Origin: Centroscyllium fabricii
Lineage: Eukaryota
Assembly: GCA_051313645.2 (NCBI GenBank)
Contig: JBNRSN020000008.1
Span: 276,644,001-276,708,000, forward strand
Length of the DNA: 64,000 nt
Direction of reading: 5' to 3'
Positions 13,201 to 25,228 of the stretch are shown one piece after another. Position 1 is the stretch's first letter; each line of letters begins with the position of its first letter. The translations under genes were made by a program, and so were the position numbers. A model generated the notes under the pieces. It was not told the DNA's origin, did no database searches, and saw only the letters and a program-made list of their open reading frames with translations.

Positions 13201-15100
13201 GTATCTGAAGACAGGACCTTGGTTTTCACCGGACTCAGAGGGAGATGTGATCGAGTATCTGAAGACAGGACTTTGGTTTTCCCAGGACTCAGAGGGAGAT
13301 GTGATCTAGTATCTGAAGACAGGGCCTTGGTTTTCCCAGACTCAGAGGGAGATGTGATCTAGTATCTCAAGACAGGACCTTGGTTTTCCCGGGACTCAGG
13401 GGGAGATGTGATCGATAATCTGAAGACAGGGCCTTGGTTTTCACGGGACTCAGAGGGAGATGTGATCGAGTATCTGAAGACAGGGCCTTGGTTTTCATCG
13501 GACTCAGAGGGAGATGTGATCTAGTATCTGAAGACAGGACCTTGGTTTCCCCGGGACTCAGGGGGAGATGTGATCTAGTATCTGAAGACAGGGCCTTGGT
13601 TTTCCCGGGACTCAGAGGGAGATGTGATCGAGTATCTGAAGACAGGGCCTTGGTTTTCCCGGGACTCAGAGGGAGATGTGATCGAGTATCTGAAGACAGG
13701 GCCTTGGTTTTCCCGGGACTCAGAGGGAGATGTGATCTATTATCTGAAGACAGGGACTTGGTTTTCAGCGGACTCAGGGGGAGATGTGATCTAGTATCTG
13801 AAGACAGGGCCTTGGTTTTCACGGGACTCGGGGAGATGTGATCGAGTATCTGAAGACAGGGCCTTGGTTTTCACAGGACTCAGAGGGAGATGTGATCTAG
13901 TATCTGAAGACAGGACCTTGGTTTTCACGGGACTCAGAGGGAGATGTGATCGAGTATCTGAAGACAGGGCCTTGGTTTTCCCCGGGACTCAGAGGGAGAT
14001 GTGATCTAGTATCTGAAGACAGGGCCTTGGTTTTCACGGGACTCAGAGGGAGATGTGATCGAGTATCTGAAGACAGGGCCTTGGTTTTCACGGGACTCAG
14101 AGGGAGATGTTATCGAGTATCTGAAGACAGGACCTTGGTTTTCCCAGACTCAGAGGGAGATGTGATCTAGTATCTGAAGACAGGGCTTTGGTTTTCCCAG
14201 ACTCAGAGGGAGATGTGATCTAGTATCTGAAGACAGGGCCTTGGTTTTCACAGGACTCAGGGGGAGATGTGATCGAGTATCTGAAGACAGGGCCTTGGTT
14301 TTCCCAGGAGTCAGAGGGAGATGTGATCTAGTATCTGAAGACAGGGCCTTGGTTTTCACTGGACTCAGGGGGAGATGTGATCGAGTATCTGAAGACAGGG
14401 CCTTGGTTTTCACAGGACTCAGGGGGAGATGTGATCGAGTATCTGAAGACTGGGCCTTGGTTTTCACGGGACTCGGGGAGATGTGATCGAGTATCTGAAG
14501 ACAGGGCCTTGGTTTTCACAGGACTCAGAGGGAGATGTGATCTAGTATCTGAAGACAGGACCTTGGTTTTCACGGGACTCAGAGGGAGATGTGATCGAGT
14601 ATCTGAAGACAGGGCCTTGGTTTTCCCCGGGACTCAGAGGGAGATGTGATCTAGTATCTGAAGACAGGGCCTTGGTTTTCACGGGACTCAGAGGGAGATG
14701 TGATCGAGTATCTGAAGACAGGGCCTTGGTTTTCACGGGACTCAGAGGGAGATGTGATCGAGTATCTGAAGACAGGACCTTGGTTTTCCCAGACTCAGAG
14801 GGAGATGTGATCTAGTATCTGAAGACAGGGCTTTGGTTTTCCCAGACTCAGAGGGAGATGTGATCTAGTATCTGAAGACAGGGCCTTGGTTTTCACAGGA
14901 CTCAGGGGGAGATGTGATCGAGTATCTGAAGACAGGGCCTTGGTTTTCCCAGGAGTCAGAGGGAGATGTGATCTAGTATCTGAAGACAGGGCCTTGGTTT
15001 TCACTGGACTCAGGGGGAGATGTGATCGAGTATCTGAAGACAGGGCCTTGGTTTTCACAGGACTCAGGGGGAGATGTGATCGAGTATCTGAAGACAGGAC
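10250..15100. repeat. Duplication with offset 2528 then 2420 bp (two monomers lost), plus a nested 645-bp tandem duplication
   Basis: ORF pairs 10492/13020 and 10839/13367 (2528), 11477/13897 and 11730/14150 (2420), 13897/14542 and 14150/14795 (645). Shared variants TCTCAAGAC, CGATAATCT, GGAGTCAG. Confidence 0.85.
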
Positions 15101-18100
15101 CTTGGTTTTCACGGGACTCAGAGGGAGATGTGATCTAGTATCTGAAGACAGGGCCTTGGTTTTCACGGGACTCAGAGGGAGATGTGATCGAGTATCTGAA
15201 GACAGGGCCTTGGTTTTCACAGGACTCAGAGGGAGATGTGATCTAGTATCTGAAGACAGGGCCTTGGTTTTCCCAGGACTCAGAGGGAGATGTGATCTAG
15301 TATCTGAAGACAGGACCTTGGTTTTCCCAGGACTCAGAGGGAGATGTGATCTAGTATCTGAGACAGGGCCTTGGTTTTCCCAGGACTCAGAGGGAGATGT
15401 GATCTAGTATCTGAAGACAGGGCCTTGGTTTTCCCAGACTCAGAGGGAGATGTGATCTAGTATCTGAAGACAGGGCCTTGGTTTCCCAGACTCAGAGGGA
15501 GATGTGATCGAGTATCTGAAGACAGGGCCTTGGTTTTCACGGGACTCAGGGGGAGATGTGATCGAGTATCTGAAGACAGGGCCTTGGTTTTCCCAGGACT
15601 CAGAGGGAGATGTGATCTAGTATCTGAAGACAGGACCTTGGTTTTCCCAGGACTCAGAGGGAGATGTGATCTAGTATCTGAAGACAGTGCCTTGGTTTTC
15701 CCAGGACTCAGAGGGAGATGTGATCTAGTATCTGAAGACAAGGCCTTGGTTTTCCCAGACTCAGGGGGAGATGTGATCGAGTATCTGAAGACAGGACCTT
15801 GGTTTTCCCAGACTCAGAGGGAGATGTGATCGAGTATCTGAAGACAGGGCGTTGGTTTTCACGGGACTCAGGGGGAGATGTGATCGAGTATCTGAAGACA
15901 GGACCTTGGTTTTCCCAGGACTCAGAGGGAGATGTGATCGAGTATCTGAAGACAGGACCTTGGTTTTCACCGGACTCAGAGGGAGATGTGATCGAGTATC
16001 TGAAGACAGGACCTTGGTTTTCCCAGGACTCAGAGGGAGATGTGATCTAGTATCTGAAGACAGGGCCTTGGTTTTCCCAGACTCAGAGGGAGATGTGATC
16101 TAGTATCTGAAGACAGGACCTTGGTTTTCCCGGGACTGAGGGGGTGATGTGATCGAGTATCTGAAGACAGGGCCTTGGTTTTCACTGGACTCAGGGGGAG
16201 ATGTGATCGAGTATCTGAAGACAGGGCCTTGGTTTTCACTGGACTCAGGGGGAGATGTGTTCGAGTATCTGAAGACAGGGCCTTGGTTTTCACAGGACTC
16301 AGGGGGAGATGTGATCGAGTATCTGAAGACAGGACCTTGGTTTTCACGGGACTCAGAGGGAGATGTGATCTAGTATCTGAAGACAGGGCCTTGGTTTTCA
16401 CGGGATTCAGAGGGAGATGTGATCGAGTATCTGAAGACAGGGCCTTGGTTTTCACATGACTCAGAGGGAGATGTGATCTAGTATCTGAAGACAGGGCTTT
16501 GGTTTTCCCAGGACTCAGAGGGAGATGTGATCGAGTATCTGAAGACATGACCTTGGTTTTCCCAGGACTCAGAGGGAGATGTGATCTAGTATCTGAGACA
16601 GGGCCTTGGTTTTCCCAGGACTCAGAGGGAGATGTGATCTAGTATCTGAAGACAGGGCATTGGTTTTGCCAGACTCAGAGGATGATGTGATCTAGTATCT
16701 GAAGACAGGGCATTGGTTTCCCAGACTCAGAGGGAGATGTGATCGAGTATCTGAAGACAGGGCCTTGGTTTTCACGGGACTCAGGGGGAGATGTGATCGA
16801 ATATCTGAAGAGAGGGCCTTGGTTTTCCCAGGACTCAGAGGGACATGTGATCTAGTATCTGAAGACAGGGCCTTGCTTTTCCCAGGACTCAGAGGGAGAT
16901 GTGATCTAGTATCTGAAGACAAGGCCTTGGTTTTCCCAGACTCAGGGGGAGATGTGATCGAGTATCTGAAGACAGGGCCTTGGTTTTCCCAGACTCAGAG
17001 GGAGATGTGATCGAGTATCTGAAGACAGGGCGTTGGTTTTCACGGGACGCAGGGGGAGATGTGATCGAGTATCTGAAGACAGGACCTTGGTTTTCCCAGG
17101 ACTCAGAGCAGATGTGATCGAGTATCTGAAGACAGGACCTTGGTTTTCACCGGACTCAGAGGGAGATGTGATCGAGTATCTGAAGACAGGACCTTGGTTT
17201 TCCCAGGACTCAGAGGGAGATGTGATCTAGTATCTGAAGACAGGGCCTTGGTTTTCCCAGACTCAGAGGGAGATGTGATCTAGTATCTGAAGACAGGACC
17301 TTGGTTTTCCCGGGACTCAGGGGGAGATGTGATCGAGTATCTGAAGAGAGGGCCTTGGTTTTCACGGGACTGAGAGGGAGATGTGATCGAGTATCTGAAG
17401 ACAGGGCCTTGGTTTTCAGCGGACTCAGGGGGAGATGTGATCGAGTATCTGAAGACAGGACCTTGGTTTTCCCGGGACTCAGACGGAGATGTGATCTAGT
17501 ATCTGAAGACAGGGCCTTGGTTTTCACGGGACTCAGAGGGAGATGTGATCGAGTATCTGAAGACAGGACCTTGGTTTTCACGGGACTCAGAGGGAGATGT
17601 GATCTAGTATCTGAAGACAGGGCCTTGGTTTTCACTGGACTCAGTGGGAGATGTGATCTAGTATCTGAAGACAGGACCTTGGTTTCCCAGGGACTCAGGG
17701 GGAGATGTGATCTAGCATCTGAAGAGAGGGCCTTGGTTTTCACTGGACTCAGGGAGAGATGTGATCTAGTATCTGAAGACAGGACCTTGGTTTCCCCGGG
17801 ACTCAGAGGGAGATGTGATCTAGTATCTGAAGACAGGGCCTTGGTTTTCACTGGACTCAGGGGTAGATGTGATCTAGTATCTGAAGACAGGACCTTGGTT
17901 TCCCCGGGACTCAGAGGGTGATGTGATCTAGTATCTGAAGACAGGGCCTTGGTTTTCCCAGGGCTCAGAGGGAGATGTGATCGAGTATCTGAAGACAGGA
18001 CCTTGGTTTTCCCAGACTCAGAGGGAGATGTGATCTAGTATCTGAAGACAGGGCCTTGGTTTTAACAGGACTCAGAGGGAGATGTGATCGAGTATCTGAA

Positions 18101-19030
18101 GACAGGGCCTTGGTTTTCACAGACTCAGAGGGAGATGTGATCGAATATCTGAAGACAGGGCCTTGGTTTTCCCAGACTCAGAGGGAGATGTGATCTAGTA
18201 TCTGAAGACAGGGCCTTGGTTTTAACAGGACTCAGAGGGAGATGTGATCGAGTATCTGAAGACAGGGCCTTGGTTTTCACAGACTCAGAGGGAGATGTGA
18301 TCGAATATCTGAAGACAGGGCCTTGGTTTTCACTGGACTCCGAGGGAGATGCGATCGAGTATCTGAAGACAGGGCCTTGGTTTTCCCAGGACTCAGAGGG
18401 AGATGTGATCTAGTATCTGAAGACAGGGCCTTGGTTTTCACAGACTCAGAGGGAGATGTGATCGAGTATCTGAAGACAGGGCCTTGGTTTTCACGGGACT
18501 CAGAGGGAGATGTGATCGAGTATCTGAAGACAGGACCTTGGTTTTCCCAGACTCAGAGGGAGATGTGATCTAGTATCTGAAGACAGGGCTTTGGTTTTCC
18601 CAGACTCAGAGGGAGATGTGATCTAGTATCTGAAGACAGGGCCTTGGTTTTCACAGGACTCAGGGGGAGATGTGATCGAGTATCTGAAGACAGGGCCTTG
18701 GTTTTACCAGGACTCAGAGGGAGATGTGATCTAGTATCTGAAGACAGGGCCTTGGTTTTCACTGGACTCAGGGGGAGATGTGATCGAGTATCTGAAGACA
18801 GGGCCTTGGTTTTCACAGGACTCAGGGGGAGATGTGATCGAGTATCTGAAGACAGGACCTTGGTTTTCACGGGACTCAGAGGGAGATGTGATCTAGTATC
18901 TGAAGACAGGGCCTTGGTTTTCACGGGACTCAGAGGGAGATGTGATCGAGTATCTGAAGACAGGGCCTTGGTTTTCACAGGACTCAGAGGGAGATGTGAT
19001 CTAGTATCTGAAGACAGGGCCTTGGTTTTC
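14900..19030. repeat. Third, slightly diverged copy of the left higher-order block (offset 11286 bp from ~3600-7740)
   Basis: ORF pairs 4171/15457, 4744/16030, 5924/17210, 6930/18216 and 7267/18553 are all offset by 11286. Confidence 0.85.
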
Positions 19031-20449
19031 CCAGGACTCAGAGGGAGATGTGATCTAGTATCTGAAGAGAGGACCTTGGTTTTCCCAGGACTCAGAGGGA
19101 GATGTGATCTAGTATCTGAGACAGGGCCTTGGTTTTCCCAGGACTCAGAGGGAGATGTGATCTAGTATCTGAAGACAGGGCCTTGGTTTTCCCAGACTCA
19201 GAGGGAGATGTGATCTAGTATCTGAAGACAGGGCCTTGGTTTCCCAGACTCAGAGGGAGATGTGATCGAGTATCTGAAGACAGGGCCTTGGTTTTCACGG
19301 GACTCAGGGGGAGATGTGATCGAGTATCTGAAGACAGGGCCTTGGTTTTCCCAGGACTCAGAGGGAGATGTGATCTAGTATCTGAAGACAGGACCTTGGT
19401 TTTCCCAGGACTCAGAGGGAGATGTGATCTAGTATCTGAAGACAGTGCCTTGGTTTTCCCAGGACTCAGAGGGAGATGTGATCTAGTATCTGAAGACAAG
19501 GCCTTGGTTTTCCCAGACTCAGGGGGAGATGTGATCGAGTATCTGAAGACAGGACCTTGATTTTCCCAGACTCAGAGGGAGATGTGATCGAGTATCTGAA
19601 GACAGGGCGTTGGTTTTCACGGGACTCAGGGGGAGATGTGATCGAGTATCTGAAGACAGGACCTTGGTTTTCCCAGGACTCAGAGGGAGATGTGATCGAG
19701 TATCTGAAGACAGGACCTTGGTTTTCACCGGACTCAGAGGGAGATGTGATCGAGTATCTGAAGACAGGTCCTTGGTTTTCCCAGGACTCAGAGGGAGATG
19801 TGATCTAGTATCTGAAGACAGGGCCTTGGTTTTCCCAGACTCAGAGGGAGATGTGATCTAGTATCTGAAGACAGGACCTTGGTTTTCCCGGGACTGAGGG
19901 GGAGATGTGATCGAGTATCTGAAGACAGGGCCTTGGTTTTCACTGGACTCAGGGGGAGATGTGATCGAGTATCTGAAGACAGGGCCTTGGTTTTCACAGG
20001 ACTCAGGGGGAGATGTGATCGAGTATCTGAAGACAGGGCCTTGGTTTTCCCAGGACTCAGAGGGAGATGTGATCTAGTATCTGAAGACAGGGCCTTGGTT
20101 TTCACTGGACTCAGGGGGAGATGTGTTCGAGTATCTGAAGACAGGGCCTTGGTTTTCACAGGACTCAGGGGGAGATGTGATCGAGTATCTGAAGACAGGA
20201 CCTTGGTTTTCACGGGACTCAGAGGGAGATGTGATCTAGTATCTGAAGACAGGGCCTTGGTTTTCACGGGATTCAGAGGGAGATGTGATCGAGTATCTGA
20301 AGACAGGGCCTTGGTTTTCACATGACTCAGAGGGAGATGTGATCTAGTATCTGAAGACAGGGCTTTGGTTTTCCCAGGACTCAGAGGGAGATGTGATCGA
20401 GTATCTGAAGACATGACCTTGGTTTTCCCAGGACTCAGAGGGAGATGTG

Positions 20450-23400
20450 ATCTAGTATCTGAAGACAGGGCCTTGGTTTCCCAGACTCAGAGGGAGATGT
20501 GATCTAGTATCTGAAGAGAGGGCCTTGGTTTTCACGGGACTCAGGGGGAGATGTGATCGAGTATCTGAAGACAGGGCCTTGGTTTTCCCAGGACTCAGAG
20601 GGACATGTGATCTAGTATCTGAAGACAGGGCCTTGCTTTTCCCAGGACTCAGAGGGAGATGTGATCTAGTATCTGAAGACAAGGCCTTGGTTTTCCCAGA
20701 CTCAGGGGGAGATGTGATCGAGTATCTGAAGACAGGGCCTTGGTTTTCCCAGACTCAGAGGGAGATGTGATCGAGTATCTGAAGACAGGGCGTTGGTTTT
20801 CACGGGACTCAGGGGGAGATGTGATCGAGTATCTGAAGACAGGACCTTGGTTTTCCCAGGACTCAGAGCAGATGTGATCGAGTATCTGAAGACAAGACCT
20901 TGGTTTTCACCGGACTCAGAGGGAGATGTGATCGAGTATCTGAAGACAGGACCTTGGTTTTCCCAGGACTCAGAGGGAGATGTGATCTAGTATCTGAAGA
21001 CAGGGCCTTGGTTTTCCCAGACTCAGAGGGAGATGTGATCTAGTATCTGAAGACAGGACCTTGGTTTTCCCGTGACTCAGTGGGAGATGTGATCGAGTAT
21101 CTGAAGAGAGGGCCTTGGTTTTCACGCGACTGAGAGGGAGATGTGATTGAGTATCTGAAGACAGGGCCTTGGTTTTCAGCGGACTCAGGGGGAGATGTGA
21201 TCGAGTATCTGAAGACAGGACCTTGGTTTTCCCGGGACTCAGACGGAGATGTGATCTAGTATCTGAAGACAGGGCCTTGGTTTTCACGGGACTCAGAGGG
21301 AGATGTGATCGAGTATCTGAAGACAGGACCTTGGTTTTCACGGGACTCAGAGGGAGATGTGATCTAGTATCTGAAGACAGGGCCTTGGTTTTCACTGGAC
21401 TCAGGGGGAGATGTGATCTAGTATCTGAAGACAGGACCTTGGTTTCCCCGGGACTCAGGGGGAGATGTGATCTAGTATCTGAAGACAGGGCCTTGGTTTT
21501 CACTGGACTCAGGGGGAGATGTGATCTAGTATCTGAAGACAGGACCTTGGTTTCCCCGGGACTCAGAGGGAGATGTGATCTAGTATCTGAAGACAGGGCC
21601 TTGGTTTTCACTGGACTCAGGGGTAGATGTGATCTAGTATCTGAAGACAGGACCTTGGTTTCCCCGGGACTCAGAGGGAGATGTGATCTAGTATCTGAAG
21701 ACAGGGCCTTAGTTTTCCCAGTGCTCAGAGGGAGATGTGATCGAGTATCTGAAGACAGGACCTTGGTTTTCCCAGACTCAGAGGGAGATGTGATCTAGTA
21801 TCTGAAGACAGGGCCTTGGTTTTAACAGGACTCAGAGGGAGATGTGATCGAGTATCTGAAGACAGGGCCTTGGTTTTCACAGACTCAGAGGGAGATGTGA
21901 TCGAGTATCTGAAGACAGGGCCTTGGTTTTCACTGGACTCCGAGGGAGATGCGATCGAGTATCTGAAGACAGGGCCTTGGTTTTCCCAGGACTCAGAGGG
22001 AGATGTGATCTAGTATCTGAAAACAGGGCCTTGGTTTTCACAGACTCAGAGGGAGATGTGATCGAGTATCTGAAGACAGGGCCTTGGTTTTCACTGGACT
22101 CCGAGGGAGATGTGATCGAGTATCTGAAGACAGGGCCTTGGTTTTTCCCAGGACTCAGAGGGAGATGTGATCTAGTATCTGAAGACAAGGCCTTGGTTTT
22201 CCCAGACTCAGGGGGAGATGTGATCGAGTATCTGAAGACAGGACCTTGATTTTCCCAGACTCAGAGGGAGATGTGATCGAGTATCTGAAGACAGGGCGGT
22301 GGTTTTCACGGGACTCAGGGGGAGATGTGATCGAGTATCTGAAGACAGGACCTTGGTTTTCCCAGGACTCAGAGGGAGATGTGATCGAGTATCTGAAGAC
22401 AGGACCTTGGTTTTCACCGGACTCAGAGGGAGATGTGATCGAGTATCTGAAGACAGGTCCTTGGTTTTCCCAGGACTCAGAGGGAGATGTGATCTAGTAT
22501 CTGAAGACAGGGCCTTGGTTTTCCCAGACTCAGAGGGAGATGTGATCTAGTATCTGAAGACAGGACCTTGGTTTTCCCGGGACTGAGGGGGAGATGTGAT
22601 CGAGTATCTGAAGACAGGGCCTTGGTTTTCACTGGACTCAGGGGGAGATGTGATCGAGTATCTGAAGACAGGGCCTTGGTTTTCACAGGACTCAGGGGGA
22701 GATGTGATCGAGTATCTGAAGACAGGGCCTTGGTTTTCCCAGGACTCAGAGGGAGATGTGATCTAGTATCTGAAGACAGGGCCTTGGTTTTCACTGGACT
22801 CAGGGGGAGATGTGTTCGAGTATCTGAAGACAGGGCCTTGGTTTTCACAGGACTCAGGGGGAGATGTGATCGAGTATCTGAAGAGAGGACCTTGGTTTTC
22901 ACGGGACTCAGAGGGAGATGTGATCTAGTATCTGAAGACAGGACCTTGGTTTTCACCGGACTCAGAGGGAGATGTGATCGAGTATCTGAAGACAGGTCCT
23001 TGGTTTTCCCAGGACTCAGAGGGAGATGTGATCTAGTATCTGAAGACAGGGCCTTGGTTTTCCCAGACTCAGAGGGAGATGTGATCTAGTATCTGAAGAC
23101 AGGACCTTGGTTTTCCCGGGACTGAGGGGGAGATGTGATCGAGTATCTGAAGACAGGGCCTTGGTTTTCACTGGACTCAGGGGGAGATGTGTTCGAGTAT
23201 CTGAAGACAGGGCCTTGGTTTTCACAGGACTCAGGGGGAGATGTGATCGAGTATCTGAAGACAGGACCTTGGTTTTCACGGGACTCAGAGGGAGATGTGA
23301 TCTAGTATCTGAAGACAGGGCCTTGGTTTTCACGGGATTCAGAGGGAGATGTGATCGAGTATCTGAAGACAGGGCCTTGGTTTTCACATGACTCAGAGGG

Positions 23401-25060
23401 AGATGTGATCTAGTATCTGAAGACAGGGCTTTGGTTTTCCCAGGACTCAGAGGGAGATGTGATCGAGTATCTGAAGACATGACCTTGGTTTTCCCAGGAC
23501 TCAGAGGGAGATGTGATCTAGTATCTGAGACAGGGCCTTGGTTTTCCCAGGACTCAGAGGGAGATGTGATCTAGTATCTGAAGACAGGGCATTGGTTTTC
23601 CCAGACTCAGAGGGAGATGTGATCTAGTATCTGAAGACAGGGCCTTGGTTTCCCAGACTCAGAGGGAGATGTGATCGAGTATCTGAAGACAGGGCCTTGG
23701 TTTTCACGGGACTCATGGGGAGATGTGATCGAGTATCTGAAGACAGGGCCTTGGTTTTCCCAGGACTCAGAGGGACATGTGATCTAGTATCTGAAGACAG
23801 GGCCTTGCTTTTCCCAGGACTCAGAGGGAGATGTGATCTAGTATCTGAAGACAAGGCCTTGGTTTTCCCAGACTCAGGGGGAGATGTGATCGAGTATCTG
23901 AAGACAGGGCCTTGGTTTTCCCAGACTCAGAGGGAGATGTGATCGAGTATCTGAAGACAGGGCGTTGGTTTTCACGGGACTCAGGGGGAGATGTGATCGA
24001 GTATCTGAAGACAGGACCTTGGTTTTCCCAGGACTCAGAGCAGATGTGATCGAGTATCTGAAGACAGGACCTTGGTTTTCACCGGACTCAGAGGGAGATG
24101 TGATCGAGTATCTGAAGACAGGACCTTGGTTTTCCCAGGACTCAGAGGGAGATGTGATCTAGTATCTGAAGACAGGGCCTTGGTTTTCCCAGACTCAGAG
24201 GGAGATGTGATCTAGTATCTGAAGACAGGACCTTGGTTTTCCCGTGACTCAGTGGGAGATGTGATCGAGTATCTGAAGAGAGGGCCTTGGTTTTCACGCG
24301 ACTGAGAGGGAGATGTGATCGAGTATCTGAAGACAGGGCCTTGGTTTTCAGCGGACTCAGGGGGAGATGTGATCGAGTATCTGAAGACAGGACCTTGGTT
24401 TTCCCGGGACTCAGACGGAGATGTGATCTAGTATCTGAAGACAGGGCCTTGGTTTTCACGGGACTCAGAGGGAGATGTGATCGAGTATCTGAAGACAGGA
24501 CCTTGGTTTTCACGGGACTCAGAGGGAGATGTGATCTAGTATCTGAAGACAGGGCCTTGGTTTTCACTGGACTCAGGGGGAGATGTGATCTAGTATCTGA
24601 AGACAGGACCTTGGTTTCCCCGGGACTCAGGGGGAGATGTGATCTAGTATCTGAAGACAGGGCCTTGGTTTTCACTGGACTCAGGGGGAGATGTGATCTA
24701 GTATCTGAAGACAGGACCTTGGTTTCCCCGGGACTCAGAGGGAGATGTGATCTAGTATCTGAAGACAGGGCCTTGGTTTTCACTGGACTCAGGGGTAGAT
24801 GTGATCTAGTATCTGAAGACAGGACCTTGGTTTCCCCGGGACTCAGAGGGAGATGTGATCTAGTATCTGAAGACAGGGCCTTAATTTTCCCAGTGCTCAG
24901 AGGGAGATGTGATCGAGTATCTGAAGACAGGACCTTGGTTTTCCCAGACTCAGAGGGAGATGTGATCTAGTATCTGAAGACAGGGCCTTGGTTTTAACAG
25001 GACTCAGAGGGAGATGTGATCGAGTATCTGAAGACAGGGCCTTGGTTTTCACAGACTCAG
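20450..25060. repeat. Duplication with offset 3172 bp (~20450-21890 repeated at ~23620-25060)
   Basis: ORF pairs 20452/23624, 20793/23965, 20970/24142. Variants shared by the two copies include CCCGTGACTCAGTGGG, CACGCGACTGAG and CCCAGTGCTC. Confidence 0.85.
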
Positions 25061-25228
25061 AGGGAGATCTGATCTAGTATCTGAAGACAGGACCTTGGTT
25101 TTCCCGGGACTGAGGGGGAGATGTGATCGAGTATCTGAAGACAGGGCCTTGGTTTTCACTGGACTCAGGGGGAGATGTGATCGAGTATCTGAAGACAGGG
25201 CCTTGGTTTTCACAGGACTCAGGGGGAG

